From positions 32,001 to 96,000 of IMG/VR virus record IMGVR_UViG_3300028883_000003: 64,000 nucleotides of DNA, one strand, 5' to 3'. Source of the stretch: a virus. A program made the position numbers and the translations under genes. Below are positions 38,583 to 46,755 of this stretch, piece by piece. Position 1 is the stretch's first letter, and the number at the start of each line of letters is the position of its first letter. A model generated the notes under the pieces. It was given only the letters and a program-made list of their open reading frames with translations. It had not been told where the DNA came from and did not search any database.

Positions 38583-39362
38583 ATGAACAAAAGCTTTTTT
38601 GTGTGTTTATTGTTTTTTTTGATAATTTTTACAGAATTTTCACTTGGTTATGATTCTGCAATAGTTTCGGTTAGTAACGACGTGTCTTTAATGGCCAGAG
38701 CCGATGCTAATTATACATTCGGTTTGGGGTCTGTATTAAACGTTTATGAAGATGGTATAGGTGCTAATAGAATGACATCTTTAATAAATATTAATCCAGA
38801 TTCAATACCTAGTGGTGTTATTCGTCAAGTCAAATTATTTTTGTATAGTTCTACAAATCAGTTAACAACTTTGTACCCAAGGCTTGATAGTGTAACTGTG
38901 GAGGCCCATCGAGTAAAAGAGAATTGGGATTATTATGACACGATTGGCACACTTGCTTCAGGATATAATTTTTCTCCTAGTTGGCATTATAGAGACACGA
39001 CTGATATCACAGACACTTTTCCCGTATTGGGTGGAACTCCTTGGTCTGACACCGCTGCTTTTTACCCAACGTCTTCGTATATATTACCAGAAGGCTCAGT
39101 AGTGGTGGATTCTTCTTCTGACGCAGAATTTGAACTTACATTGTCCCCTCATACAATGACATATTATAGAGATAATCCAGATTTTTGTAATGGGTGGGTA
39201 CTTACAGCACAGAGCACAGGTAACCAAGGGGAACATTGGAAGAGGCAGTTTTATAGCTCTAAATCGCAAGAACCCTCTAAGCAACCTTATTATTTAATTG
39301 TATATGATGGGTCTGCCCCAAAATTCAAAAATGTTGATGTGTCAGGGGACATAGAATTTTAA
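38583..39362 (+). CDS. exported DNRLRE-like protein
   Basis: Start reset to MNKSFFVCLLFFLIIFTEFSLG; VKLFLY, AHRVKENW, W...GG..W, NGWVL, FYSSK...QPYYLIVY. Confidence 0.65.
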   Translation: MNKSFFVCLLFFLIIFTEFSLGYDSAIVSVSNDVSLMARADANYTFGLGSVLNVYEDGIGANRMTSLININPDSIPSGVIRQVKLFLYSSTNQLTTLYPRLDSVTVEAHRVKENWDYYDTIGTLASGYNFSPSWHYRDTTDITDTFPVLGGTPWSDTAAFYPTSSYILPEGSVVVDSSSDAEFELTLSPHTMTYYRDNPDFCNGWVLTAQSTGNQGEHWKRQFYSSKSQEPSKQPYYLIVYDGSAPKFKNVDVSGDIEF

Positions 39363-39393
39363 TATGGCGTACAATTTTAATGGAGTAGAATAA

Positions 39394-41262
39394 ATGAATA
39401 GGTTAGTTTTTGTTTTAGTTTTTGTTTTGTTGTTGTGTGTGAGTCCAGTTGTGGCAAGGAATTTAGTGACACTTACTTCTGGCGATTTACCATACAGTGC
39501 CAGTTCTAACGATAGTATTCAGATTGATGGCAATCACATCACATCCAATGGCACAGCCATAAACGTGGAGAGTGTGAATAATGTTTATTTTGATTTTGGC
39601 ACAGACACACTTGAGTACGGGGCTAATGGTGGCAATAACGAATATGGGTTGCGTTTTCAAAACGCCTATAACTGTACTGTTAATGGTGGTACGATTATGC
39701 GTGCCGTTGGACCGGCTTCGACAGACGGTGAGAGTAATCACACTATTTATATGCACGGAACTTGTTATGGGCTAACCTTCAACGACGTAGACCTTATCAC
39801 CGACGGATACAACGGACACTGCGTTCTTGGTTATGGTCCTCACTATTCAATAAATTTTGATGGTGGAACATGGCGAAGTGATTCTAGAAGTTTTTCCGAT
39901 AGACATAATTATACCGGGGCTGTTGCATGGTTGGGAACACCCGGTAGCGGAGGTGATTACGCATATTGGATTCATGGTGTTTCTATTGTCGATGGACCAG
40001 CACAGGGAATAATAACCATAAGTGGCCGCACCATTATTGATAGCTGTGATATTAGCACCGATCATATAAATACTGGACCAACCGGCTCCGACGGGAACCA
40101 ATATCTTATTCTATTAACTGGTTGTACCAACCCAACATCCGTCACTAATTGTACACTTGTCAGCGGCAGTGATAGGGGAGGGAGTCGGGGAGTTCTTATA
40201 GAAAATTCAAACGGTACAGCAGATGAAAGAATAGTAGTACGTAACAATTATTTTGACATACACAACGGTCCTGACAGCGAAGGGGGGATGGGTGTTTATG
40301 GTTCGTGTAGAATAATTAGATTGCGGACGCTTCATTCCGGTTCTCAAAGATGGTCGAGTTATATAGATATTCGTAAAAATACTGTATATGGGACATCAGA
40401 TTTTAATGAGAGCACAACACATATAGGCCGAGAGGTGATTGGCATTGACTGTAACATGGCGTCTCAAGGATTAGGTGGGGCACACCATATTAGGGTTGAT
40501 AGCAATAAGGTTTATATGAGAACTTTAGGGACCAATGTGTATAACAAGGCAGCCGCTCTATACTCATATGTTAATCCCGATACAACGGGGATGTCTTGTT
40601 CTTACAATGAGTTTTATGGTTCAGATGTTGTTGTCCGACTTGCTGATGGGGGGGAAGATGGTAACTCTGGCAACGGGATTGGCTGTACTGAATTTTTTAT
40701 GCATAACAATATTTTAGGTTTTCTTGATACAACGGGCAATGACTCCCTTACGTATGACACTGGATACACTACGTGGAGTGTTGCCGTTGGTAACGGTGAC
40801 GCGACCCCAATTGCTGTCGACAACGTATCACGGGACGCAACATATCTCAATGGAGCATCTGACACTGATATTTTATTTAGGGTTGCCCCCGGCCCCACCG
40901 ATATAGCTATGCAAAAGACCGTTGGTGTCTATGTTAAAGATTCCGATGCTGACCCTATTGTTGGAGCTACTGTTCGGCTTATAGATGACGGCGGTTCTGT
41001 GGTTTGGAGTAATATAACCGACGTAAACGGCTACGTGGCTGAGGCTGCTACTTATTTATATGATTCCGTTGGTACTTCGGTTGATAGTAATTACAACCCC
41101 TTTACACTTAGGGCGATCTACGGCACCGACTCCACTGATGTTTCCCGTATTGTGGCATGTAATAATGGGGATACAACAGTAGTATTGGATATTGAAGGGG
41201 AGCCAAATATTGTTCCAGTTAATATTTCAGGTAAAGTGGTAATTAAAGGAAAGAAAAAATGA
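39394..41262 (+). CDS. exported right-handed beta-helix (pectin lyase-like) protein with C-terminal carboxypeptidase-regulatory-like Ig domain
   Basis: Signal peptide MNRLVFVLVFVLLLCVSPVVA; Asn/Gly ladder repeats (VRNNYF, IRKNTV, VDSNKV, MHNNIL); VKDSDADPIVGATVRL...TDVNG. Confidence 0.65.
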   Translation: MNRLVFVLVFVLLLCVSPVVARNLVTLTSGDLPYSASSNDSIQIDGNHITSNGTAINVESVNNVYFDFGTDTLEYGANGGNNEYGLRFQNAYNCTVNGGTIMRAVGPASTDGESNHTIYMHGTCYGLTFNDVDLITDGYNGHCVLGYGPHYSINFDGGTWRSDSRSFSDRHNYTGAVAWLGTPGSGGDYAYWIHGVSIVDGPAQGIITISGRTIIDSCDISTDHINTGPTGSDGNQYLILLTGCTNPTSVTNCTLVSGSDRGGSRGVLIENSNGTADERIVVRNNYFDIHNGPDSEGGMGVYGSCRIIRLRTLHSGSQRWSSYIDIRKNTVYGTSDFNESTTHIGREVIGIDCNMASQGLGGAHHIRVDSNKVYMRTLGTNVYNKAAALYSYVNPDTTGMSCSYNEFYGSDVVVRLADGGEDGNSGNGIGCTEFFMHNNILGFLDTTGNDSLTYDTGYTTWSVAVGNGDATPIAVDNVSRDATYLNGASDTDILFRVAPGPTDIAMQKTVGVYVKDSDADPIVGATVRLIDDGGSVVWSNITDVNGYVAEAATYLYDSVGTSVDSNYNPFTLRAIYGTDSTDVSRIVACNNGDTTVVLDIEGEPNIVPVNISGKVVIKGKKK

Positions 41263-41276
41263 AAGAAAGAACACTA

Positions 41277-41858
41277 ATGAAAACATTATTTATCTTTTTG
41301 TGTTTGTCACTTTTACCAGTTATGCTAAATGCTGATGCCACATATAGTTATGGTGGTGTTTTTTATTACAATGGCAATCTGACTACGCCAGATTCTTTGC
41401 ATGTGTATGTGTCTTATCAGCCGTCTGGAGATACTGTCAGTTATGTATCCCTTCCTGATTCGGCAGTATGGGATACAACTATAGATACAACTGATGTTAC
41501 TGACAATTATGCAATATTAAGTTACCATATATATTTTGGGACTAATTTGTTAATTACTCAAGAAACTATTAATTTACGATTAGATACAAGTAGTATTTCT
41601 CCACAAGTATACGCAATGACAGGTGATTCTGTAAAGACAGCGATAGAAGCACAAGGTAGTCAATTATGGGGCTTATCAGTTTTTTGGGGTACGTTGGATA
41701 GTTCACTTATGCTGATGTACCCACTTGATGGTACTACCCCAAAGGACAGTGTTCAAATTACAGACAGTTCTGGTACAGTTTTGATGTCTATAATTTATAA
41801 GCACAGTAATACAAATACAGTATTAGACTCAACTATTGTTTATCATAGGGTTCCATAA
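41277..41858 (+). CDS. exported D-S/T-rich hypothetical protein
   Basis: Signal peptide MKTLFIFLCLSLLPVMLNA; 8 sequons by hand count. Confidence 0.6.
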   Translation: MKTLFIFLCLSLLPVMLNADATYSYGGVFYYNGNLTTPDSLHVYVSYQPSGDTVSYVSLPDSAVWDTTIDTTDVTDNYAILSYHIYFGTNLLITQETINLRLDTSSISPQVYAMTGDSVKTAIEAQGSQLWGLSVFWGTLDSSLMLMYPLDGTTPKDSVQITDSSGTVLMSIIYKHSNTNTVLDSTIVYHRVP

Positions 41859-42061
41859 TGGCTTTTACTTGGGATGACAGGTTTGATGCTAAGCCGGGGA
41901 CGTTTGATCCTAGGTTTCAAGGAGGAGAAACAACTTCTTCTAGTTTGACTATAGGCACTTTAACTATGGTTGGGGTAGTTATAAACTCAAGGGCGGCTTG
42001 TTCTTACGTTACTAATTTAACTATATATAGATCAGAAATAGGTTCTGTTTCTGTGTATTAA
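41858..42061 (+). CDS. small hypothetical protein
   Basis: 67-aa ORF coupled to the upstream gene. Confidence 0.45.
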   Translation: MAFTWDDRFDAKPGTFDPRFQGGETTSSSLTIGTLTMVGVVINSRAACSYVTNLTIYRSEIGSVSVY

Positions 42062-42070
42062 GGAGTTAAT

Positions 42071-42487
42071 ATGTCCTCATCTGTTCAATATTTGGATGAA
42101 GATAATAGTTACAAATTTGTTTTTTCTTTAACAAATTCAGAAACTGGTGCTAAAATTGCATTGGCTTCCATCTCTTCGGTGCAGTGTACTGAATTTTATT
42201 ATAATCCTAATTTGTTGACTAGTGACAGAAATCACTTGGCTACAATAAACAGTAGATATAACCAAAACGTAAAGAATGCCAATGATGTAACTATAACTTC
42301 TTCTGGCACAATAAGTTGGGTGGTTCAACCTGAAGATACTGTGTTCCTTAATTCTTCAAATGCCAATGCCGAAGAGGAATTACATATTGCTCTTTTTATG
42401 TGGACCTATGGAACTGGTGGAAGCAAACAAAACTCACATACATTTTTTAATTATGTTCGCCATGTACCTTATATTTCGAGTATGTAA
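42071..42487 (+). CDS. beta-sandwich protein, possibly BppU-N/adaptor-like
   Basis: AGGAG RBS; GTISWVVQPEDT...HIALFMWTY pattern; no signal peptide. Confidence 0.4.
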   Translation: MSSSVQYLDEDNSYKFVFSLTNSETGAKIALASISSVQCTEFYYNPNLLTSDRNHLATINSRYNQNVKNANDVTITSSGTISWVVQPEDTVFLNSSNANAEEELHIALFMWTYGTGGSKQNSHTFFNYVRHVPYISSM

Positions 42488-42906
42488 TGTTTAAATTTGG
42501 CAAAAATTCTGAAAAAAAATTAGAAAAAGTTCACTTTTTACTACAAAAAGTTTTGAAAAGGGCGATAATAAGTACAAGAGTGGATTTTTCTATTGTGTCT
42601 GGATATAGGGATAAGGAGATGCAAGATTCTTTATTTCGAAGTGGGCACAGTAAATTACGATGGCCAAATAGTAAGCATAATTCTGACCCATCATTAGCCG
42701 TTGACATAGCGGTTTATAGAAATGGTAAGTTGGATTGGCAGGACTTAAATAGCTATTATTATTTGGCCGGGTTAATTCAAGCTATCGCCGATAGTATGAA
42801 TATTACTTTGAGATTTGGGTTGGATTGGGATAGAGATGGTGATTTTAATGACCAAACTTTTTTAGATGCGGGGCATATAGAGTTAGTTAATGAGGACACA
42901 GAATGA
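42487..42906 (+). CDS. M15-family peptidoglycan endopeptidase (endolysin)
   Basis: SGYRDKEMQ, SKHN..PSLAVDI, DWD.DG, DAGHIEL (L-Ala-D-Glu peptidase pattern). Confidence 0.88.
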   Translation: MFKFGKNSEKKLEKVHFLLQKVLKRAIISTRVDFSIVSGYRDKEMQDSLFRSGHSKLRWPNSKHNSDPSLAVDIAVYRNGKLDWQDLNSYYYLAGLIQAIADSMNITLRFGLDWDRDGDFNDQTFLDAGHIELVNEDTE

Positions 42907-44384
42907 AATTAAAAGGTAAACGGCGTAAATTTGTAATGACGGCTATTTCGGGTAATGAGGAAAAATGGGTTAAACAGTGGGCTGAATCTGTAATGAAGGC
43001 AAATCCAGATTTAGTTATTATTAATCTGACCCAGTATGACGACAATTCAGAGGAACTATTTAGAAAACATATACCAGAAGATAAATTAAAGCTGGTTAAA
43101 TATCCTTGGAAAAAAGACTTTAGCGAAGCTAGAAACCATACTCTGGACTTAGTTCCAGATGATACAGACATGGTAATGTTTTTGGATTTAGACGAAGTAT
43201 TTACTCCAGAGTCTTACTCCGCTTTGGAAGAAGTTTTACATAATACTGAGTTAGATATCCAAATAATGACAACTATTTATAATAAAGTGAGCAAGGAGTC
43301 AATGCTTGCTAGTCTTTATTACCCTAGGTTGTTTCCGTGGCGTAATCGTAAGGGTGAGTTACTTCACCCTCATTTTGAAAGTGAAGTACACAATCAATTA
43401 GTGTACCCATCTGGCGTCAAACAGGAGGCGATACGTAGCAAAATTGGAATTTTTCATTATGGCTACGCATTGGACGCCAAAGCTATGGCGGCTAAGCATA
43501 AGCGTTCGGAAGAGCTTATACGACAACAACTTAGCAAAAATCCCGATGACTACTTCGGTCATTTAAACTTGGCTCAATTATTGCGGGCTAAGGGGGATGC
43601 TAAAGGAACAGCTAAACACGCTCAAAAAGTTGTTGATTTGGTAAGTCCAAAGGTTAATTCTGGTGACCCAAGAATGCTTCATGCCTATTTAATGGCCAAA
43701 GAACAATTGGCTACTGCTTATTTGGTTTTAAAGAGATTTCAGGAAGTTATCAAAGTTTCTGAGGAAGCTCTGGAGAAAAAGCCGGATTACTTAGACGCAC
43801 AGATGAATTTAGCTAATGCTTATTTGGAACTAAGAGATTTAGATAAAGCAGAATTTTGGTTAAAGAGATATTTGTTTGTGCGTAGTCAGTATGATGAATT
43901 AAGGGATAATACTAACCTAATCTTAAATCATCTTAATTCAACTTTTATGGCTTTATATCATTTGGGCTCTATTGAAATAGCCAGAGGAAATATAGACAAG
44001 GCTAAAGATTACTTTGAAAGAAGCTATAAGGCTGAGCCAAAGTTTGCAGATGTATTTATCAGATATCTTGATTGTGTGCGTAGATTAACTAATAAAATAG
44101 ATTCTGAATTAGTTAATAAATATATTGTTGAAAATTCTGATAAAGCTCATATGCTATATGAGTATTTTGGTGATTTAGAATTAGAGCGTTCAAATATTGA
44201 AAATGCAAAGTTTAATTATTACCAAGCGTATTATTTAAACGAAAAAAGTGAAGAGCACGGTAGAATAGAGAGTAAATGGAAATCCATAGAGGATGCCTTT
44301 GGTGGTGTTTCACAGATATTTTTTAATTCTGCTGGTAAACACCAAGAGTTAAAACAACGATTAGGAGACAAAAATGGTTCCTGA
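42903..44384 (+). CDS. GT2 glycosyltransferase with TPR repeats
   Basis: NEEKW, DDNS, WKKDFSEARN, FLDLDE, FE..VHNQ, HYGY, followed by TPRs. Confidence 0.88.
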   Translation: MKLKGKRRKFVMTAISGNEEKWVKQWAESVMKANPDLVIINLTQYDDNSEELFRKHIPEDKLKLVKYPWKKDFSEARNHTLDLVPDDTDMVMFLDLDEVFTPESYSALEEVLHNTELDIQIMTTIYNKVSKESMLASLYYPRLFPWRNRKGELLHPHFESEVHNQLVYPSGVKQEAIRSKIGIFHYGYALDAKAMAAKHKRSEELIRQQLSKNPDDYFGHLNLAQLLRAKGDAKGTAKHAQKVVDLVSPKVNSGDPRMLHAYLMAKEQLATAYLVLKRFQEVIKVSEEALEKKPDYLDAQMNLANAYLELRDLDKAEFWLKRYLFVRSQYDELRDNTNLILNHLNSTFMALYHLGSIEIARGNIDKAKDYFERSYKAEPKFADVFIRYLDCVRRLTNKIDSELVNKYIVENSDKAHMLYEYFGDLELERSNIENAKFNYYQAYYLNEKSEEHGRIESKWKSIEDAFGGVSQIFFNSAGKHQELKQRLGDKNGS

Positions 44385-46212
44385 GATTACAGATAAATAT
44401 ATTATCATCAGGATCACCGACCCCGATTCTTTTATAGCAGAGTCTTTTAAAACCATTTGGGTAGATAAAGATGCTGGTATTCAAGAGGTTATGGGTAAAA
44501 AACAAAAGTCAAATACTAACGAGGTTCAGTCTTATATTTTTGATAAAAATTTGTGGACCATAGAAGATGCCCGTGCGTGGGTCAGGTCTATGAAGCATGA
44601 ACAAAAATCAACAGTAGCTGAACAATTTGGTAAAAAGCGTACATTTGTCACAGCTAAAGTAGCTCTTTGTGCACAGAAACCCAATTTATCAGTGGGCACA
44701 AAAATTGTACCATTAACGAAAGAAGTGTTTGACAAAAACCAATCAGAAGCAGCTCTAAACGACAAATACTTTTTCTATGTGGAAGGAGTACATGAGGGGA
44801 AAAATCTGAATGGTGATGTTTTTACCCGTGATGAGCTTGTAAAAACTTACAAGTCCGCAGGTTACCAACTTATTGACTGGGAACATGTTAGAGATCAGGT
44901 TATTGGTTTTTCTTTAGAATCAGAGCTTATTTCTAATGGTGATGAGCCAATGGCTGTAGCTTTTTCTGGTATTTTAAACAGGCTTTCTCCATATATGCAA
45001 ATAGAAGAACGTGTTGGTGATACGGTTACCAGTCGTGATGAACTGATTCGCCAACGGTTTTTTGAAGATAAATTAGCAGTTAGTATGGAGTGCTTATTTG
45101 ATAGCATGAGATGTGCAGAATGTGGTTATCATACAGATGATGCTTTTGATTTTGAATTTCATGTTATGATGAATCATAGTAATATCTTGGAATCTGGTCA
45201 ACGAGTGGGTAGAGAATTAGTTGGGGTTGATTTTACTGGCTGGGGTATTATAGAATTCCCGGCAGATCGACAAGCTTTTGTTGTTTCTTTACGTACTTCT
45301 GATGATGGTACTATCAAGGATATTGTTAGTGCTGATATAGAAGAACAGTATGGGAAGCTGGCAGAGAATATTATGTTCTCAAAACGGGTAATTGAGGCTT
45401 CTCCAACTGACATTTTTATAAAAAATGACGAAAAAATGACATTTGCTTCAGAAATTAGTACAAAAATTAACAAAACTACCGATAATAAAGTAGATAAAAA
45501 AGAAAATAAACAAATTGATGATATAGTAGGAGGAAAACAGATGTTTAATCTTGCAGAAAAAATATCTGCTGATATGAAACTTTCTGACGTTTTTGTGGTG
45601 GCACAACGAGTGCTTCGTGACTTACAGGGAGATAAAGCATTAGACGCTGAACAGGCAGAAGCTTTTATTTCTGAGTTAGGCGAAGTGGTTAAAGCTACAA
45701 TCACCGCAGATAAGTTCAAAGTAGAAAATATTTATACCTTAACTGACGAGCAGAAGCTCAATGCTATTGATGCTGCTCGCCAAGAAGAGCAGGATATTGC
45801 AAAGACAGCATTGTCCGAAGCTACTTCCAAATATGAAGCTTTAGAGGCAAGTAAGGGTGAAGTTGAAGCCCAGTTAGCTACTATCCAGAAAGAATTGGAT
45901 GAATTAAAGACTGCTGAAGCTAAGAAAGAAACCGATAAGCAGGTTGATACATTTATGGAAGAACTCAAGACAGCAGGAGTAGTTTTATCCGCTGGTTCTT
46001 TTGAGACGGGTATTCGTAGTATGGTTGAGGCCAATATTGGCAATCAAGAGGGACTTTCAACCCTTCGTTCTGAGCTTATTGCCTCATTCAAACAGTCAGT
46101 GTTGACTAATGCTTCCGATAACGCAGGTGCTTCTGCTGGCAACCCCGGCGGAAATGATGCATCTACGTTAGAGAGTAAGCTCAAAAAAGTTAAAGAAGAA
46201 CATAATAAATAA
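44374..46212 (+). CDS. prohead protease-scaffold protein
   Basis: NLNGDVF, DWEH..VIG, VSMEC, FTGWG, PAD protease-like motifs; coiled-coil C-terminal third; lies upstream of the capsid genes. Confidence 0.7.
   Translation: MVPEITDKYIIIRITDPDSFIAESFKTIWVDKDAGIQEVMGKKQKSNTNEVQSYIFDKNLWTIEDARAWVRSMKHEQKSTVAEQFGKKRTFVTAKVALCAQKPNLSVGTKIVPLTKEVFDKNQSEAALNDKYFFYVEGVHEGKNLNGDVFTRDELVKTYKSAGYQLIDWEHVRDQVIGFSLESELISNGDEPMAVAFSGILNRLSPYMQIEERVGDTVTSRDELIRQRFFEDKLAVSMECLFDSMRCAECGYHTDDAFDFEFHVMMNHSNILESGQRVGRELVGVDFTGWGIIEFPADRQAFVVSLRTSDDGTIKDIVSADIEEQYGKLAENIMFSKRVIEASPTDIFIKNDEKMTFASEISTKINKTTDNKVDKKENKQIDDIVGGKQMFNLAEKISADMKLSDVFVVAQRVLRDLQGDKALDAEQAEAFISELGEVVKATITADKFKVENIYTLTDEQKLNAIDAARQEEQDIAKTALSEATSKYEALEASKGEVEAQLATIQKELDELKTAEAKKETDKQVDTFMEELKTAGVVLSAGSFETGIRSMVEANIGNQEGLSTLRSELIASFKQSVLTNASDNAGASAGNPGGNDASTLESKLKKVKEEHNK
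45541..46212 (+). CDS. nested scaffolding protein (internal in-frame start)
   Basis: AGGAGG at 45528-45533 precedes an in-frame ATG at 45541; 223-aa Ala/Glu-rich coiled coil. Confidence 0.6.
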   Translation: MFNLAEKISADMKLSDVFVVAQRVLRDLQGDKALDAEQAEAFISELGEVVKATITADKFKVENIYTLTDEQKLNAIDAARQEEQDIAKTALSEATSKYEALEASKGEVEAQLATIQKELDELKTAEAKKETDKQVDTFMEELKTAGVVLSAGSFETGIRSMVEANIGNQEGLSTLRSELIASFKQSVLTNASDNAGASAGNPGGNDASTLESKLKKVKEEHNK

Positions 46213-46241
46213 ACGCATCTTTCGCATATAGGAGGATATAG

Positions 46242-46745
46242 ATGCTTAAGTTTCAGCCAATCGTTTATAACGATTCTGACTTACGTGCGTTTAAATACGT
46301 TGGTACAAGTTCCTGTTTAGAGGGTCAGTTCGTTAAGGCCACTTCTGGAACTTCGCAACATATAATGACAGCTACTTTGTACAATGGTACGAAGGGCTCG
46401 ATTGCTACGGTTCCCCTTGCTGTTGGTTCGGGTACTGTGGCCATTTTCAAAGATCAGATTTTCCCGATTTTCCGTGAGAACCCTGATCCTGAAACTGTTG
46501 CTGCTACCATCGCTAAAAACGATTACGTAGTTGGTTTTCGTATGACTCCGGGGAACGAATTTCAGGTTCATAAATCTGTTACTGAATCTGGATATGCTTC
46601 CACATTTACTGCTGTAGGCGGAAACGTCTGTCTTGGTAGTACCGGTAAATTGACCTATACAGGGGCAAAGAACTCTACTGGTTATGTAGTTGGTATCTGC
46701 CTTGGAACCTTCAATGCGGCTTGGGTCCGTGTTAGAGTTATCTAA
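46242..46745 (+). CDS. head decoration/cement protein candidate
   Basis: Small beta-rich protein between scaffold and capsid; AGGAGG RBS. Confidence 0.55.
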   Translation: MLKFQPIVYNDSDLRAFKYVGTSSCLEGQFVKATSGTSQHIMTATLYNGTKGSIATVPLAVGSGTVAIFKDQIFPIFRENPDPETVAATIAKNDYVVGFRMTPGNEFQVHKSVTESGYASTFTAVGGNVCLGSTGKLTYTGAKNSTGYVVGICLGTFNAAWVRVRVI

Positions 46746-46755
46746 GGAGTAAACA

